Positions 41,718 through 53,567 of a stretch of DNA of 64,000 nt are shown piece after piece (the stretch's first letter is position 1; each line of letters begins with the position of its first letter). Below the pieces are notes generated by a model that was not told the DNA's origin, did no database searches, and was given only the letters and a program-made list of their open reading frames with translations. Source of the DNA: Camelus ferus (taxonomy: Eukaryota); assembly GCF_009834535.1 (NCBI RefSeq), contig NC_045707.1, forward strand, positions 53,632,001 to 53,696,000, given 5' to 3'. The position numbers were made by a program, and so were the translations under genes.

Positions 41718-43229
41718 ATGATGACAGGTCATGTAAAAGGGGAACAGGGAATGATAAAATGAAATCCTTTTAACTCTTTTATAAGAATATTTTCATCTCA
41801 TAGTAGACATTGTCAATTATATTATCTATAACGTACAAATATGACTTAAGTACAGAAAATGCTTCTCTTAGGAAATGGCTTTCTAAACACAGTCATTTGA
41901 AAAGTATAGGGAAAAAGTCTATTAACTGATACTAAAGTAATTCGGGCAGGTGTTTCCTCCATTAGTATAAGTGTCAAAAGACAGATTGCTGCCCTCTATT
42001 TTACTAAAATTCTAATTAGAATTAGCTTGAAAATGAAACATCCGATGGTTGAAAAGCAAAAAGGTCTTTTCACGGGAAGATGCAGTAAGAGCAAATAGCA
42101 CAAGCAGTGCAAGGTGGATAATGTTCCTTATTTAATAGGTGCCTGGGGTTTTCTATTATTGTAGAATCTAGTTTGAATAAAACGTCTCATGAAATTACTC
42201 ATAATGATGAAAATAATAGCTAATTTTAAGTGAATTAAAGGTACTCAAACACACTAGTTTCTTTCCTTGTTAAATAGTATCTCTGATAAGTTGTATATAG
42301 AAGTACGATGAATGTCTGCATCTATGGCAAGTAAAATGTCAAAGACATACATACAGTCTTTATTCCTGTTGTAATTTCCAGTGTGCATTTCTGTGAGTAT
42401 CTTCCCCCAAATTTTCAAATGCAGTATCTCCATGTCACATCTGTTTCCATTGAACAAACTAAAAAATGTAATAAAATGCTGTACACTATGTTATTGGAAA
42501 GAGTAAGATCCGGAAGGGATGTGGACAATAGTAAATAATTCACATATTGTGTTCGTATCCAGTATTGCAGCATGAGGCCAACTGTGTTGTTATTGTAAAG
42601 TCACTGTGAAGACGTGCTGGCAAAGAAATGACCAATTCAAGCCAAATTATTTTCTATAAAATTTACATATGTTCTACTTCCCTGTACCACTTTCCTCCTA
42701 CTTATAACTTTTAAAATACAACCTTTAAATTAAATATCCACATAATAAACTGTAACACTGTGTGTGTGTTATAAGAAAAGTTGAATAAGCTTAATGCTTG
42801 ATGTACAGGAATTAACTAAAAATAGGGCATTAACTTCGATAGTATAGAGATGGAGGGAAAGAGGGAAAAGAGATTCTAGCCAATTTCAGTATTGCTCAAG
42901 GGCAATTAATGATAGAAAATAATCTTTCCTTCCTCTCCCCCTGCAAAAAAAAAATAAATAAAATAAAGAAGAACCTAGAAGTCTTCATAAAAGCATTAGT
43001 ATACAGGTAACATCTAGAACAAAATAGGATCATTCCTAAATAATACATTTGCTTATATATAGAATTCTAAAAATAGTTGACAGTATGAGGAAATAGGCTT
43101 CAAAGACTAGAATAGGCAGCTAAGACTTTGAAACCAGCTAAATATTGTATGTTATAATAAAAAGTAATTAAAAACATTCTTTCAAAATCAAAAGTAACAT
43201 GGCAAAAATTAACTTAAATGTAAATTCAG

Positions 43230-43620
43230 AACCACACTGGAGGAAACTATTTTAAGTGATTTTCAGTATCCCTAGGAGTGCATTCAGAAAAGGGTTAATG
43301 TTTCCCTCCAACCTCTGTAAAGTAGAACAAATATCCTCGTGCTCTCAAGACTTCTGCCAGAACTCCAGCCATCATTCTGTAAAAAGAGCATGTGTAGCTA
43401 TGAAGTCTCTTTAAAAAAAATTTTCCCAAAACTTTACCCAACAAATTCTGCTTGTATCTCATTGGTCAGATCTTCAACATGTGTCATTTGTATCGGTGTG
43501 TGAATCTAGGAAAATTATGGTTCTTAAATCTGGACACATTTCTGCTAACTCCCTGAATTGGAATCTGAAACTCAGGGAAAACGGGAGAATGGGTTCTGGG
43601 GATGTAGCTACATTCTCTTC
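43230..43620 (-). mobile_element. Old MLT1-type LTR fragment
   Basis: actccagccatcattctg...ttctgcttgtatctcattggtcaga...gagaatgggttctgggga. Confidence 0.45.
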
Positions 43621-45119
43621 CACCATTGTTTTTGCTGAGTATTTGTTGTGGCAGTGAGCAGGTAACTTGACTGCTGTCTAGGTAAAGGGTTGGTTCTCTA
43701 CTCCTTTAATCTACAATTTAACGTGCAAGGAAACTTAAAGCAGTCCCCAGGCAGTGAACTAATTGAGCCTTTGTAAGAAGAACAAATCCCTGTCATTCTT
43801 CACACGGGAAAGGGCATAATATTTTACCAAACCAACAACAAAGTTCAAGGTCTTATACTTGAAAGAGAGAAAAGGAACAAGAAAGACAGATAATTATAAA
43901 AATCATATTCAAGAAAATGTTATCTTTGTAAAATTCAGCAAAGCTAGCAGCTCTGTAACAATCCTACTTTTATGATGAGGAGTGAAAAAGATGGAAATAC
44001 CTGCTAATGCATGAAGTCAATAGTTTCATTTCAAAGATACAGTATTTTCTATTTTCTGTTTCTAAAACATAGTATTTACCATATTTAGCAGTGTACAACG
44101 CATACACATATCAGGGTGTGCGTGCATGTGTGTGTCATGTCCGCATTCACCGGTGTTAGTATAACATGTCCTTGGTATTTACAGTGATACAGTGATACAG
44201 TGATACAAGTGACACTCAACTGAGAATAATTACACTACATACTACCTTCCCTTCCACCCTTTTGAAAGTACTTAAAAATAATTTACATACTGATCTTCTT
44301 GGCTAATTGCTTGGGACAAAAACTATGATATGCTGATATTACATTTTCTTTGGTTGTTGGCCAGCTTTTAAGCTCCTCTGACCCAGTGTATTTTTACAAC
44401 TTCGTTTCTTCTCCTTTTATATTGTACATGTCACGTTGTGCAATTCATTTGTTCTTTGACCATTCATAGATTATTTAATTGAACTCACCTGTCCCAGTAT
44501 TACCTGTTTTTCCCTTTCTCAGTCCCTTCACTGAACATTTTGTACACAACTTCTTTAACATAGGCGCTACCCAATTCACTCTGCAGTTTGAAATTAATTC
44601 TTACATTGAACACTTATGAAACTTCAATATCTATGAGTTAAACATATGAGTAACCTGAAAATTACAAGAATATGTAAGAAATGTACAATTCCCATCACAT
44701 TGAAAAAGCACAGAAATATGATCAACTGACTTTGCCTAAGGAGGTCAAGAAGACTACATTTAAGGAGGCAACATAGTAGAATTGTACAAAATAAGTATAT
44801 ATTTCCCAGGTTAAAAAAAAAAGAGAAATTGATAAGGGCATTTCATAGAGAGAGAAACAAACACACAAATTTAGAAATGCATGGAAAGACATGGTAACTT
44901 CAGAGAAGACTGGAGCTGGAATATTCATGAAGTGTTACCGCAAGTGATGAAATTGGAAAGGTACGCTGAAGCCAAATTTGGAAAGAGTTTTGTATGCCAG
45001 TTTGAACTTTCATGTATATGTAGGCAACAGAGTAGGTCAAAAATGTTTAAGAAAGACTTGCAAACGAGAGTGATAAGAGATCAATTATAAAGTTACTGTA
45101 AATGAAATTAAAAAACACT

Positions 45120-45915
45120 CTGCAGTAACATTTTATAACTCAGATTGTCAGGGTTTGAGAAGCTTATTCTCTTGCTATATTGATGACGATGTGTGATTTT
45201 AGATCAGAAAAGTCTCTAGGAAAGACAGTTAGGCATTTTCTACCCAAATTGCACTTGAAAATATTCTTTAATCTAGCAGTTCTACTCTAAATATTTACCT
45301 GTTAGGGATATTTACAGAAATCAGATATGAAAGGTTAGTTGTAGCAACATTATAATAATAAAAGATTTTACCTCACCTAAGTATCCATTGATAGGTTACT
45401 GATTAAATAAAAGGTGGTGCAGCCATACAAGAGAATTATATACATTTAAAAAAAATAAAGAATGGAGGGGATAGCTCAGTGGTAGAGCACATGTTTAGCA
45501 TGCATGAGGTCCAGGGTTCAATCCCCAGTACCCCTATCAGAAAACAAACAAGCGAAAAAAGACCAAATAAATAAATAAATAAACAAATAAATAAATAAGC
45601 TCCTTTGTGGAGTAATATACAACCATGTCCAGAATGCATTAAATGAAAGAAAAATAGCACAAAATGTGTATAGCATGTTACTAGTTTGTTAAAATAAAAA
45701 CAAAGAATAAAGAGTGAGTACATACTTATTGGCTACTATCAGCATGGAAAAGATTTAGAAACGAGTGCTCATATCTTGGAGAGAAATTGGGTGGTGAGAA
45801 GATAAGTAATGAAAGGTAATTTTTCCCAATATGTCATTTTTTTTTTTACTTTTTGAATTTTGAATCATGTGTGTGTACTACCTAACAACATATTCAAAGT
45901 TAAATTTAAAAATAA
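45120..45915 (+). mobile_element. Old L1M(E) 3' end hosting a SINE
   Basis: atctagcagttctactcta...cacctaagtatccattgatagg...ttttgaatcatgtgtgtgtactaccta, typical of the L1M ORF2 end and 3' UTR. Confidence 0.65.
45464..45598 (+). mobile_element. tRNA-derived SINE (camelid Vic-1-like)
   Basis: ggaggggatagctcagtggtagagcacatgtttagcatgcatgaggtccagggttcaatccccagtacc (A and B boxes) followed by an A-rich (aaat)n tail. Confidence 0.88.
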
Positions 45916-46810
45916 ATATCCCATTATTTCAGGTAACAGATTATAGGAGCCTGCATGAAATTAGTAGCAGAAGGTTTAGAAAAAGATGTCTCATTTGTCA
46001 TGTTTAAATAGGATCATGTCTAGTTGGGATACATTGTATGATATCTTAATGGAATTGAAAATATGGTCCCGTGTGAAATGATGATAGCAATACAGATCAA
46101 TGATGGAGATACAGAAATCATCAACATCTTGATGCCAGGTGATAAGTATAGCAGGGAAAAGGACACAGTCTAGAACCTTCTACCAGCCACAATGAAAGGA
46201 CAGGGGAAGGAGAGAAGTTAGTAAAATAGAGAAAGAGGTAATGAAATAATAAGAGTATCAAAAAGAGAGTAGTGCTTTGGAAATTGTGGGAAGAGTCAAT
46301 TTAAGGAGGTGAATGGTATTTGAGAACATGCAGTGCTACTGGAGGTTTCTGCTCCATACAGCCCCTTAATTCCATTTCAGACCCTTTTTCGTCATAGGTT
46401 CCTACAAGATACTGAATATAGCTCCCTATGCTATACAGCAGAAACTTGTTATTTATCTATTTTATATATAGTAGTTAGTATCTGCAAGTTTTTTTTAACA
46501 TTTTTTATTGATTTATAATCATTTTACATTGTTGTGTCAAATTCCAGTGTTCAGCACAATTTTTCAGTTATTCATGGACATATACACACTCATTGTCACA
46601 TTTTTTTCTCTGTGAGTTATCATAACATTTTGTATATATTTCCCTGTGCTATACAGTGTAGTCTATTCTACAATTTTGAAATCCCAGTCTATCCCTTCCC
46701 ACCCTCCACCCCCCTGGTAACCACAAGTCTGTATTCTCTGTCTGTGAGTCTATTTCTGTCCTTTATTTACGCTTTGTTTTTGTTTGTTTGTTTGTTTCTG
46801 TTTTTGTTTT

Positions 46811-49800
46811 TTAGATTCCACATATGAGCGATCTCATACGGTATTTTTCTTTCTCTTTCTGGCTTATTTCACTTAGAATGACATTCTCCAGGAGCATCCA
46901 TGTTGCTGCAAATGGCATTATGTTGTCGGCTTTTATGGTTGAGTAGTATTCCACTGTATAAATATACCACCTCTTCTTTATCCAGTCACCTGTTGATGGA
47001 CATTTAGGCTGTTTCCATGTTTTGGCTATTGTAAATAGTGCTGCTATGAACATTGGGGTGCAGGTGTCATCCTGAAGTAGATTTCCTTCTGGATACAAGC
47101 CCAGGAGTGGGATTCCTGGGTCATATGGTAAGTCTATTCCTAGTCTTTTGAGGAATCTCCACACTGTTTTCTATAGTGGCTGCACCAAACTGCATTCCCA
47201 CCAGCAGTGTAGGAGGGTTCCCCTTTCTCCACAGCCTCTCCAGCATTTGTCATTTGTGGATTTTTGAATGACGGCCATTCTGACTGGTGTGAGGTGATAC
47301 CTCATTGTAGTTTTGATTTGCATTTCTCTGATAATTAGTGATATTGAGCATTTTTTCATGTGCTTTTTGATCATTTGTATGTCTTCCTTGGAGAATTGCT
47401 TGTTTAGGTCTTCTGCCCATTTTTGGATTGGGTTGTTTATTTTTTTCTTATTGAGTCGTATGAGCTGCTTATATATTCTGGAGATCAAGCCTTTGTCGGT
47501 TTCACTTGCAAAAATTTTCTCCCATTCCGTAGGTTTTCTTCTTGTTTTACTTCTGGTTTCCTTTGCTGTGCAGAAGCTTGTAAGTTTCATTAGGTCCCAT
47601 TTGTTTATTCTTGCTTTTATTTCTTCTAGGAGAAAATTTTTTAAATGTCAGATAATGTTTTGCCTGTTTTCCTCTAGGAGGTTTATTGTATCTTGTCTTA
47701 TGTTTAAGTCTTTAATCCATTTTGAGTTGATTTTTGTATATGGTGTAAGGGAGTGTTCTAGCTTCATTGTTTTACATGCTGCTGTCCAGTTTTCCCAACA
47801 CCATTTGCTGAAGAGACTGTCTTTATTCCAATGTATATTCTTGCCTCCTTTGTCAAAGATGAGTTGACCAAAAGTTTGTGGGTTCATTTCTGGGCTCTCT
47901 GTTCTGCTCCATTGGTCTATATGTCTGTTTTGGTACCAATACCATGCTGTCTTGATGACTGTAGCTCTATAGTATTGTCTGAAGTCTGGGAGAGTTATTC
48001 CTCCAGCCTCTTTCTTTCTCTTCAGTAATGCTTTGGCAATTCTAGGTCTTTGATGGTTCCATATGAATTTTATTATGATTTTTTCTAGTTCTGTGAAATA
48101 TGTCCTGGGTAATTGGATAGGCATTGCATTAAATCTGTAGATTGCCTTGGGCAGTGTGACCATTTTAACAATATTGATTCTTCCAATCCAAGAGCATGGA
48201 ATATCTTTCCATTTTTTAAAGTCTTCTTTAATTTCCTTCATCAATGGTTTATAGTTTTCTGTGTATAATTCTTTCACCTCCTTGGTTAGATTTATTCCCA
48301 GATATTTTATTACTTTGGGTGCTATTTTAAAGGGGATTGTTTCTTTACTTTCTTCTTCTGTTGATTTATCGTTAGTGTAAAGAAATGCAACTGATTTTTG
48401 AACGTTAATTTTGTAACCTGCTACCTTGCTGAATTCTTCAATCAGCTCTAGTAGCTTTTGTGTGGACCTTTTAGGGTTTTCTATATATAGTAACATGTCA
48501 TCAGCATATAATGACACTTTTACCTCTTCTTTTCCAATTTGGATCCCTTTTATTTCTTTCTCTTGCCTGACTGCTGTGGCTAGGACTGCTGAGTGGTGAT
48601 AGTGGGCATCCTTGTCTTGTCCCAGATTTTAGTGGGAAGCTTTTGATTTTTTCACCGTTGAGTACTATGCTGGCTGTAGGTTTGTCATATATAGCTTTTA
48701 TTATGTTGAGATATGTTCCCTCTATACCCACTTTGGCAAGAGTTTTTATCATAAATGGGTGTTGAAGTTTATCAAATGCTTTTTCTGCATCGATTGAGAT
48801 GATCATGTGGTTTTTGTCCTTTCTTTTGTTGATGTGATGTATTACACTGATTGATTTGCGTATGTTGAACCAGCCTTGTGTCCCTGGGATGAACCCCACT
48901 TGGTCATGATGTATAATCTTTTTTATGTGTTGTTGGATTCTATTTGCTAAAATTTTGGTGAGGATTTTGGCGTCTATGTTCATCAGTGATATTGGCCTAT
49001 AATTCTCTTTTTTTGTAGTGGCTTTGCCTGGTTTTGGTATCAGGGTGATGGTGGCTTCATAGAATGAGTTTGGGAGTATTCCCTCCTTTTCAATCATCTG
49101 GAAGAGTCTGAGAAGGACTGGTATGAGTTCTTCTTTGTATGTTTGGTAGAATTCCCCGGTGAAGCCGTCCGGTCCTGGACTTTTATTTGTAGGGAGGTTT
49201 TTAATTGCTATTTCTATTTCCTTTCTAGTGATCGGATTGTTCAAGTGGTCAGATTCTTCTTGATTCAGTTTTGGTGGACAGTATGTTTCCAGAAACTTGT
49301 CCATCTCCTCTAGGTTATCCAGTTTGGTTCCATACAGTTTTTCATAATATTCTCGTATGATATTCTGTATTTCTATTTTGTTTGTTGTAATTTCTCCATT
49401 TTCCTTTCTTATTTTGCTAATTTGTGCTCTCTCTTTTTTCTTCTTTGGAAGTTTGGCCAGAGGTTTGTCGATTTTATTTACGTTTTCAAAAAACCAGCTT
49501 TTGGTTTGGTTGATTTTTTCTATGGTCTTGTTAATCTCTATTGTATTTAATTCCCCTCTGATCTTTATTATTTCCTTCCTTCTGCTGCTTTTGGGGGCTT
49601 TTTGTTCTTCTTTTTCTAATTCATTCAGGTGGTGGGTTAAATTGTTTATTTGAGATTGTTCTTCTTTTTTGAGGAAGGCCTGTATCGCTATAAACTTCCC
49701 TCTTAGCACTGCCTTTGCTGTGTCCCATAGGTTTTGAGTGGTTGTGCTTTCATTCTCATTTGTCTCAAGGTATTTTTTAATTTCAGCTTTGATTTCCTCA

Positions 49801-50585
49801 TTGATCCATTGTTTTTTCAATAACATATTGTTTAATCTCCATGCTTTCCTTTTTTTCTCCTTTGTTTCTCTGTTGTTGATTTCCAGTTTCATGGCATTGT
49901 GGTCAGTAAAGATGCTTGAGATAATTTCTATCTTCTTAAAATTGTTGAGGTTTCTTTTGTGCCCAAGTACATGATCGATCCTGGAAAATGTTCCATGTGC
50001 ACTTGAAAAGAATGTATATCCTATTTTTTTGGGGTGTAATGCTCTGAAAATATCCACCAAATCTAGTTTTTCTATTGTAGTATTTAATTTCTCTGTTGCC
50101 TTGTTTATTTTCTGTCTGGAAGATCTGTCTAGTGATGTTAATGCAGTGTTAAAATCTCCAACTATGATTGTATTCCCATCAATATCCCCCTTTATCTCTG
50201 TTAGTAATTCTTGCATGTACTTAGGTGCTCCTATATTGGGTGCATATATATTAACGAGTGTAATATCCTCATCTTGTATCACTCCTTTAATCATTATAAA
50301 GTGTCCTTCTTTATCTTTCTTTATGGCCTTTGTTTTAAAGTCTATTTTGTCTGAAATCAGTACTGCAACACCTGCTTTTTTGGCTTTTCCATTTGCATGG
50401 AATATCCTTTTCCATCCTTTCACTCTCAATCTATATGTGTCCTTCTCCCTAAAGTGGGTCTCTTGTATGCAGCATATTGAAGGTCCTTGCTTTATTATCC
50501 AGTCTGCCACTCTGTGTCTTTTGACTGGAGCATTTAGTCCGTTAACATTTACAGTAATTAATGATAGATGTGTGTTTATTGCCAT
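46811..50585 (-). pseudogene. L1 ORF2p (endonuclease / reverse transcriptase / CCHC), disrupted
   Basis: Four consecutive ORFs: APE endonuclease (NVNGLN, CIQETH, VGDFN, SRIDH, TDHN), RT ([36 protein letters not shown]), and Cys-rich [18 protein letters not shown]. Frameshifts near 48590 and 47665; stop at 47171-47173. Confidence 0.97.
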
Positions 50586-50990
50586 TTTGAACTTATCTTT
50601 GCAGTTGAATTGGTATATCCTCTTTGTTCCTTTCTTCTTCCTTTTGTGGTTTGGTAATTTTCCTTTGTATTATCATGGATTTTATTTAATTTTTGTGACT
50701 CCTTTGTAAATTTTTGGCTTGTGGTTACCCTTTTTTGTAAATCTATCAACCCATTACTATAACTGTTTTTATTAAACTGATAGTAACATGATCTCAAACC
50801 CATCCTACTTTTAAAAAAAATTTTAAAAAGAAAGAAGAAAATATTCTATATTTCCCTGCCTCCCTCTCCCACTCTCAGTGATTTGTATGTCTTCTTTTAT
50901 AATTTCATGTTTACTTTATTTGTAATTCATGAGTTATCACCTTTCCAGTTGTGTGTTTCTCATTTCTGTAGCATCCTGCTGCTTTTCTAT

Positions 50991-51893
50991 TTAGAATAGC
51001 CCTTTCAATATTTCTTTTAGCATGGGTTTAGTGTTGCTAAACTCCTGCAGCTTTTTTTTGTCTGTGAAACTCTTTATTTCTCCTTCTATCCTCAAGGATA
51101 GCCTTGCTGGATAAAGGATCCTAGGCTGCATCTTTTTTTCATTCAGGGCTTTGAATATATCTTGCCACTCCCTTCTTGCCTGTAGTGTTTGTGTAGAGAA
51201 ATCAGCTGAGAGTCTTATGGGGGTTCCCTTGTAACTTACTCTTTGCTTTTCTCTTGCTGCTTTTAGAATCATTTCTTTATCCTTGACTCTGGCCATCTTG
51301 ATTATGATATGTCTTGGTGTGGGTCTATTTGGGTTCTTCCTGTTTGGGACCCTCTGAGCTTCCTGTACTTGGATATCTGATTCCTTCTTTAAGTTTGGGA
51401 AGTTTTCAGTCATGATTTCTTCAAAAACCTTTTCAATCCCCTTTGATCTTTCTTCTCCTTCTGGGACCCCTATTATGCGAAGTTTGGGACGCTTTATATT
51501 ATCCCATAGGTCCCTTATGCTATTTTCATTATTTTTTATTTGCTTATCTTGTAGCTCTTCTGAATGGGTGCTTTCTATTGCCCTGTCTTCTAGATCACTA
51601 ATTCGTTCCTCTGCGTTATCTAGTCGGCTTTGCACAGCTATTAGATCATTCCTCATCTCTGTCAATGAGTTTACCCATTCTACTTGGCTCTTCTTTATAG
51701 CTTCAATTTCATTTTTGACATATTTTATATATCTAAACACTATCTCTCTTAATTCCTTCAGCAATTCGATCACTCCTTTTTTGAAATCTTGATCTAGTAG
51801 GCTATCAATGTCTATTTCGTTGATCTTTCTTTCAGGGGATTTCTCTTGTTCTTTTAATTGGGAAAGGTTTTTCTGCTTCTTCATCTTGCTCAT
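50991..51893 (-). CDS. L1 ORF1p RNA-binding/chaperone protein, 300 aa, apparently intact
   Basis: Coiled coil (SRLDNAEERISDLED), RRM (LRIIGVPEGEE, ENFPNL, TPRHIIIKM), CTD (ARREW, YPARLS). Confidence 0.95.
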   Translation of the reverse strand: MSKMKKQKNLSQLKEQEKSPERKINEIDIDSLLDQDFKKGVIELLKELREIVFRYIKYVKNEIEAIKKSQVEWVNSLTEMRNDLIAVQSRLDNAEERISDLEDRAIESTHSEELQDKQIKNNENSIRDLWDNIKRPKLRIIGVPEGEERSKGIEKVFEEIMTENFPNLKKESDIQVQEAQRVPNRKNPNRPTPRHIIIKMARVKDKEMILKAAREKQRVSYKGTPIRLSADFSTQTLQARREWQDIFKALNEKKMQPRILYPARLSLRIEGEIKSFTDKKKLQEFSNTKPMLKEILKGLF

Positions 51894-53567
51894 ACCTCTT
51901 TGGCACTGTGGTTTATGGAGTATCAGTTGTTTATTTTGGTCCTTAAGGATTTTATCTATCTGATGCCTATTTAGGAATAGAACTTAGGAAAAAAAGAAAA
52001 AAAAAATAAGAGAGAGAGAGAAAGAATTTTAAAAGAAGGGAGAAAGAGGGTTTGAAAACAGTGTATAAGGAATAATAGAAGAGTGAGTTGAAGCAGAGTA
52101 TTAATCGGGTTGAGACGTCCTTTTAAAACCTTTACAAAAAAAGGGGGGGGGGGAGATGAATAGATGTATTTGAAACCTGTGTCTAATCAATAGCAGGACA
52201 TCAAAACCCAAGAGAAATAGAAATGAATTAAGAAGTAAAGATTAAGAGAGTAATAGAAAATAGAACAGGTAAAAACAGATTAAAAAAAAGGGGGGGGGGT
52301 TGTCGGTGTTCTCCTGGAGTCTGTGGGCTTTTAATGTGAAGTCTTTCTGTCTTCGTCCTGTTTTGGAAGCTCAGCTTGCTGTTTTCAGAGGCCCTCCGTT
52401 GGCGCCCTCTTCTGTGCTGCTCCCAGTACCTGTCGGCAAGCCGATCGCGCCTCCTCCTAACACTGGGGCAGGTGCAGCTCTCTGCTGTGGGCGGGCGGGT
52501 CGCTGCCCCTCCAGATGCCGCAGTCAGATGTTGCAGACTGGCCCGGTAGGAGGGCGGGTCGTGCCCCCTCCCAGCACCTCGGTCAGGGGCTGTGTTCCTG
52601 CCCGAAAGGCGGGGGAGGGGGGGCGCTCTCCCTCTACTTGCGCCGCCGCCGGTAGCTCCGCTGCTCTGTGCGGCTGCGCGCTCCGCCCTGGTCGGCGCTC
52701 CGCAGGTGGGCTCGGGGAAGACCGAGGGACAGCCCTGTCCCTGCTCCGAGCCAAAACCCAGCTCCTTGTTTGTCTCCGTGGAGCAAGTTCTCTGAGGGAC
52801 CAGGATGGAAGGATCCTATCTGCCCCGGGCTGCAGGCCAGTCTCAGTCTGGCCTTTGAGGCTGCTAAGCCCTTCCTGCGGATGCAGGTTTCGCCCCCGCC
52901 CCCGCCTGGGTGTTCAGCGCGGTGGATATGGCGGCTGTGCCTGAGCCCCGCCTCTCTTCCACCGAAAACCGCGGGTTTTCAGAGATGGGGGTGTGCACCC
53001 TTCCCCCAAGAGCACACCAACCTTGCTGTTTTATGGAGGGCCCAGGTTGCTCTGCCCTGTGCACCCACAGCCACGGGCGCAGCCCCTTGCGTTCCCCCGG
53101 GGCTGCCTCCGTGCAGCCACTTCCGTCCTCCCCCTGGCTTGTGCAGCCTGGCCCTGCCCGCGGCTGCCGGCCCGCGTCTCAGGCTGGGTGTCGGGGGGGA
53201 CACTCTGCCCGTTCAACTCAGTTCTGTTAGTCAAGGGCTGCTCTGTACAGATCCGAGCCTCAGAGGCTCCCCCTCCGTCCTGCTGGCCTCTCAGCTGGAG
53301 AGAGGAGACCCAGCGAGCGAGCGCCAGTCTTCCTTTGCCGCTCCCTCCCCGTGGGACCCGTCCCGCGCTGCTTTGCATTTTGTTCTTTCTTTTTTCCTTT
53401 TCTCCTACCAGATTTTTGGCGTCTTCATCTTTTGAAGAGGGCGATGTTCTGTCGGAGTTCCACAGGTGCTCTGGTTGGCTGAGTGGGTCTGCAGATGTGG
53501 GTCTTGGTGTATTTGTGGGAGAGGGTGACCTGCGAGCGTCCTTCTACTCCGCCATCTTTTTTCTGAA
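51894..53567 (-). promoter_or_regulatory. L1 5' UTR / internal Pol II promoter with CpG island
   Basis: GC- and CpG-rich at 52380-53560; YY1 motif AAGATGGCGG about 9 nt from the 5' end (ccgccatctt, 53549-53558). Confidence 0.9.

Larger units (their letters stand above)
46493..53567 (-). mobile_element. Full-length young LINE-1, ORF2 inactivated
   Basis: 5' UTR, ORF1, spacer, ORF2, 3' UTR, AATAAA and short A tail in order; perfect 17-bp TSD TAGTATCTGCAAGTTTT at 46476-46492 and 53568-53584. Confidence 0.99.

Noticed and set aside
41264..41732. 141-aa F/L/S ORF and K/E/R-rich ORF
   Set aside because: Translations of the polypurine tract
45464..45535. tRNA-Ala-like gene (also 40663-40735)
   Set aside because: Mismatched stems, A-rich tails and insertion into old L1 sequence indicate tRNA-derived SINEs, not functional tRNAs
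47313..51792. Plus-strand hydrophobic ORFs (184, 98, 78, 226, 126 aa) resembling membrane proteins
   Set aside because: Antisense shadows of the A-rich L1 ORF1/ORF2
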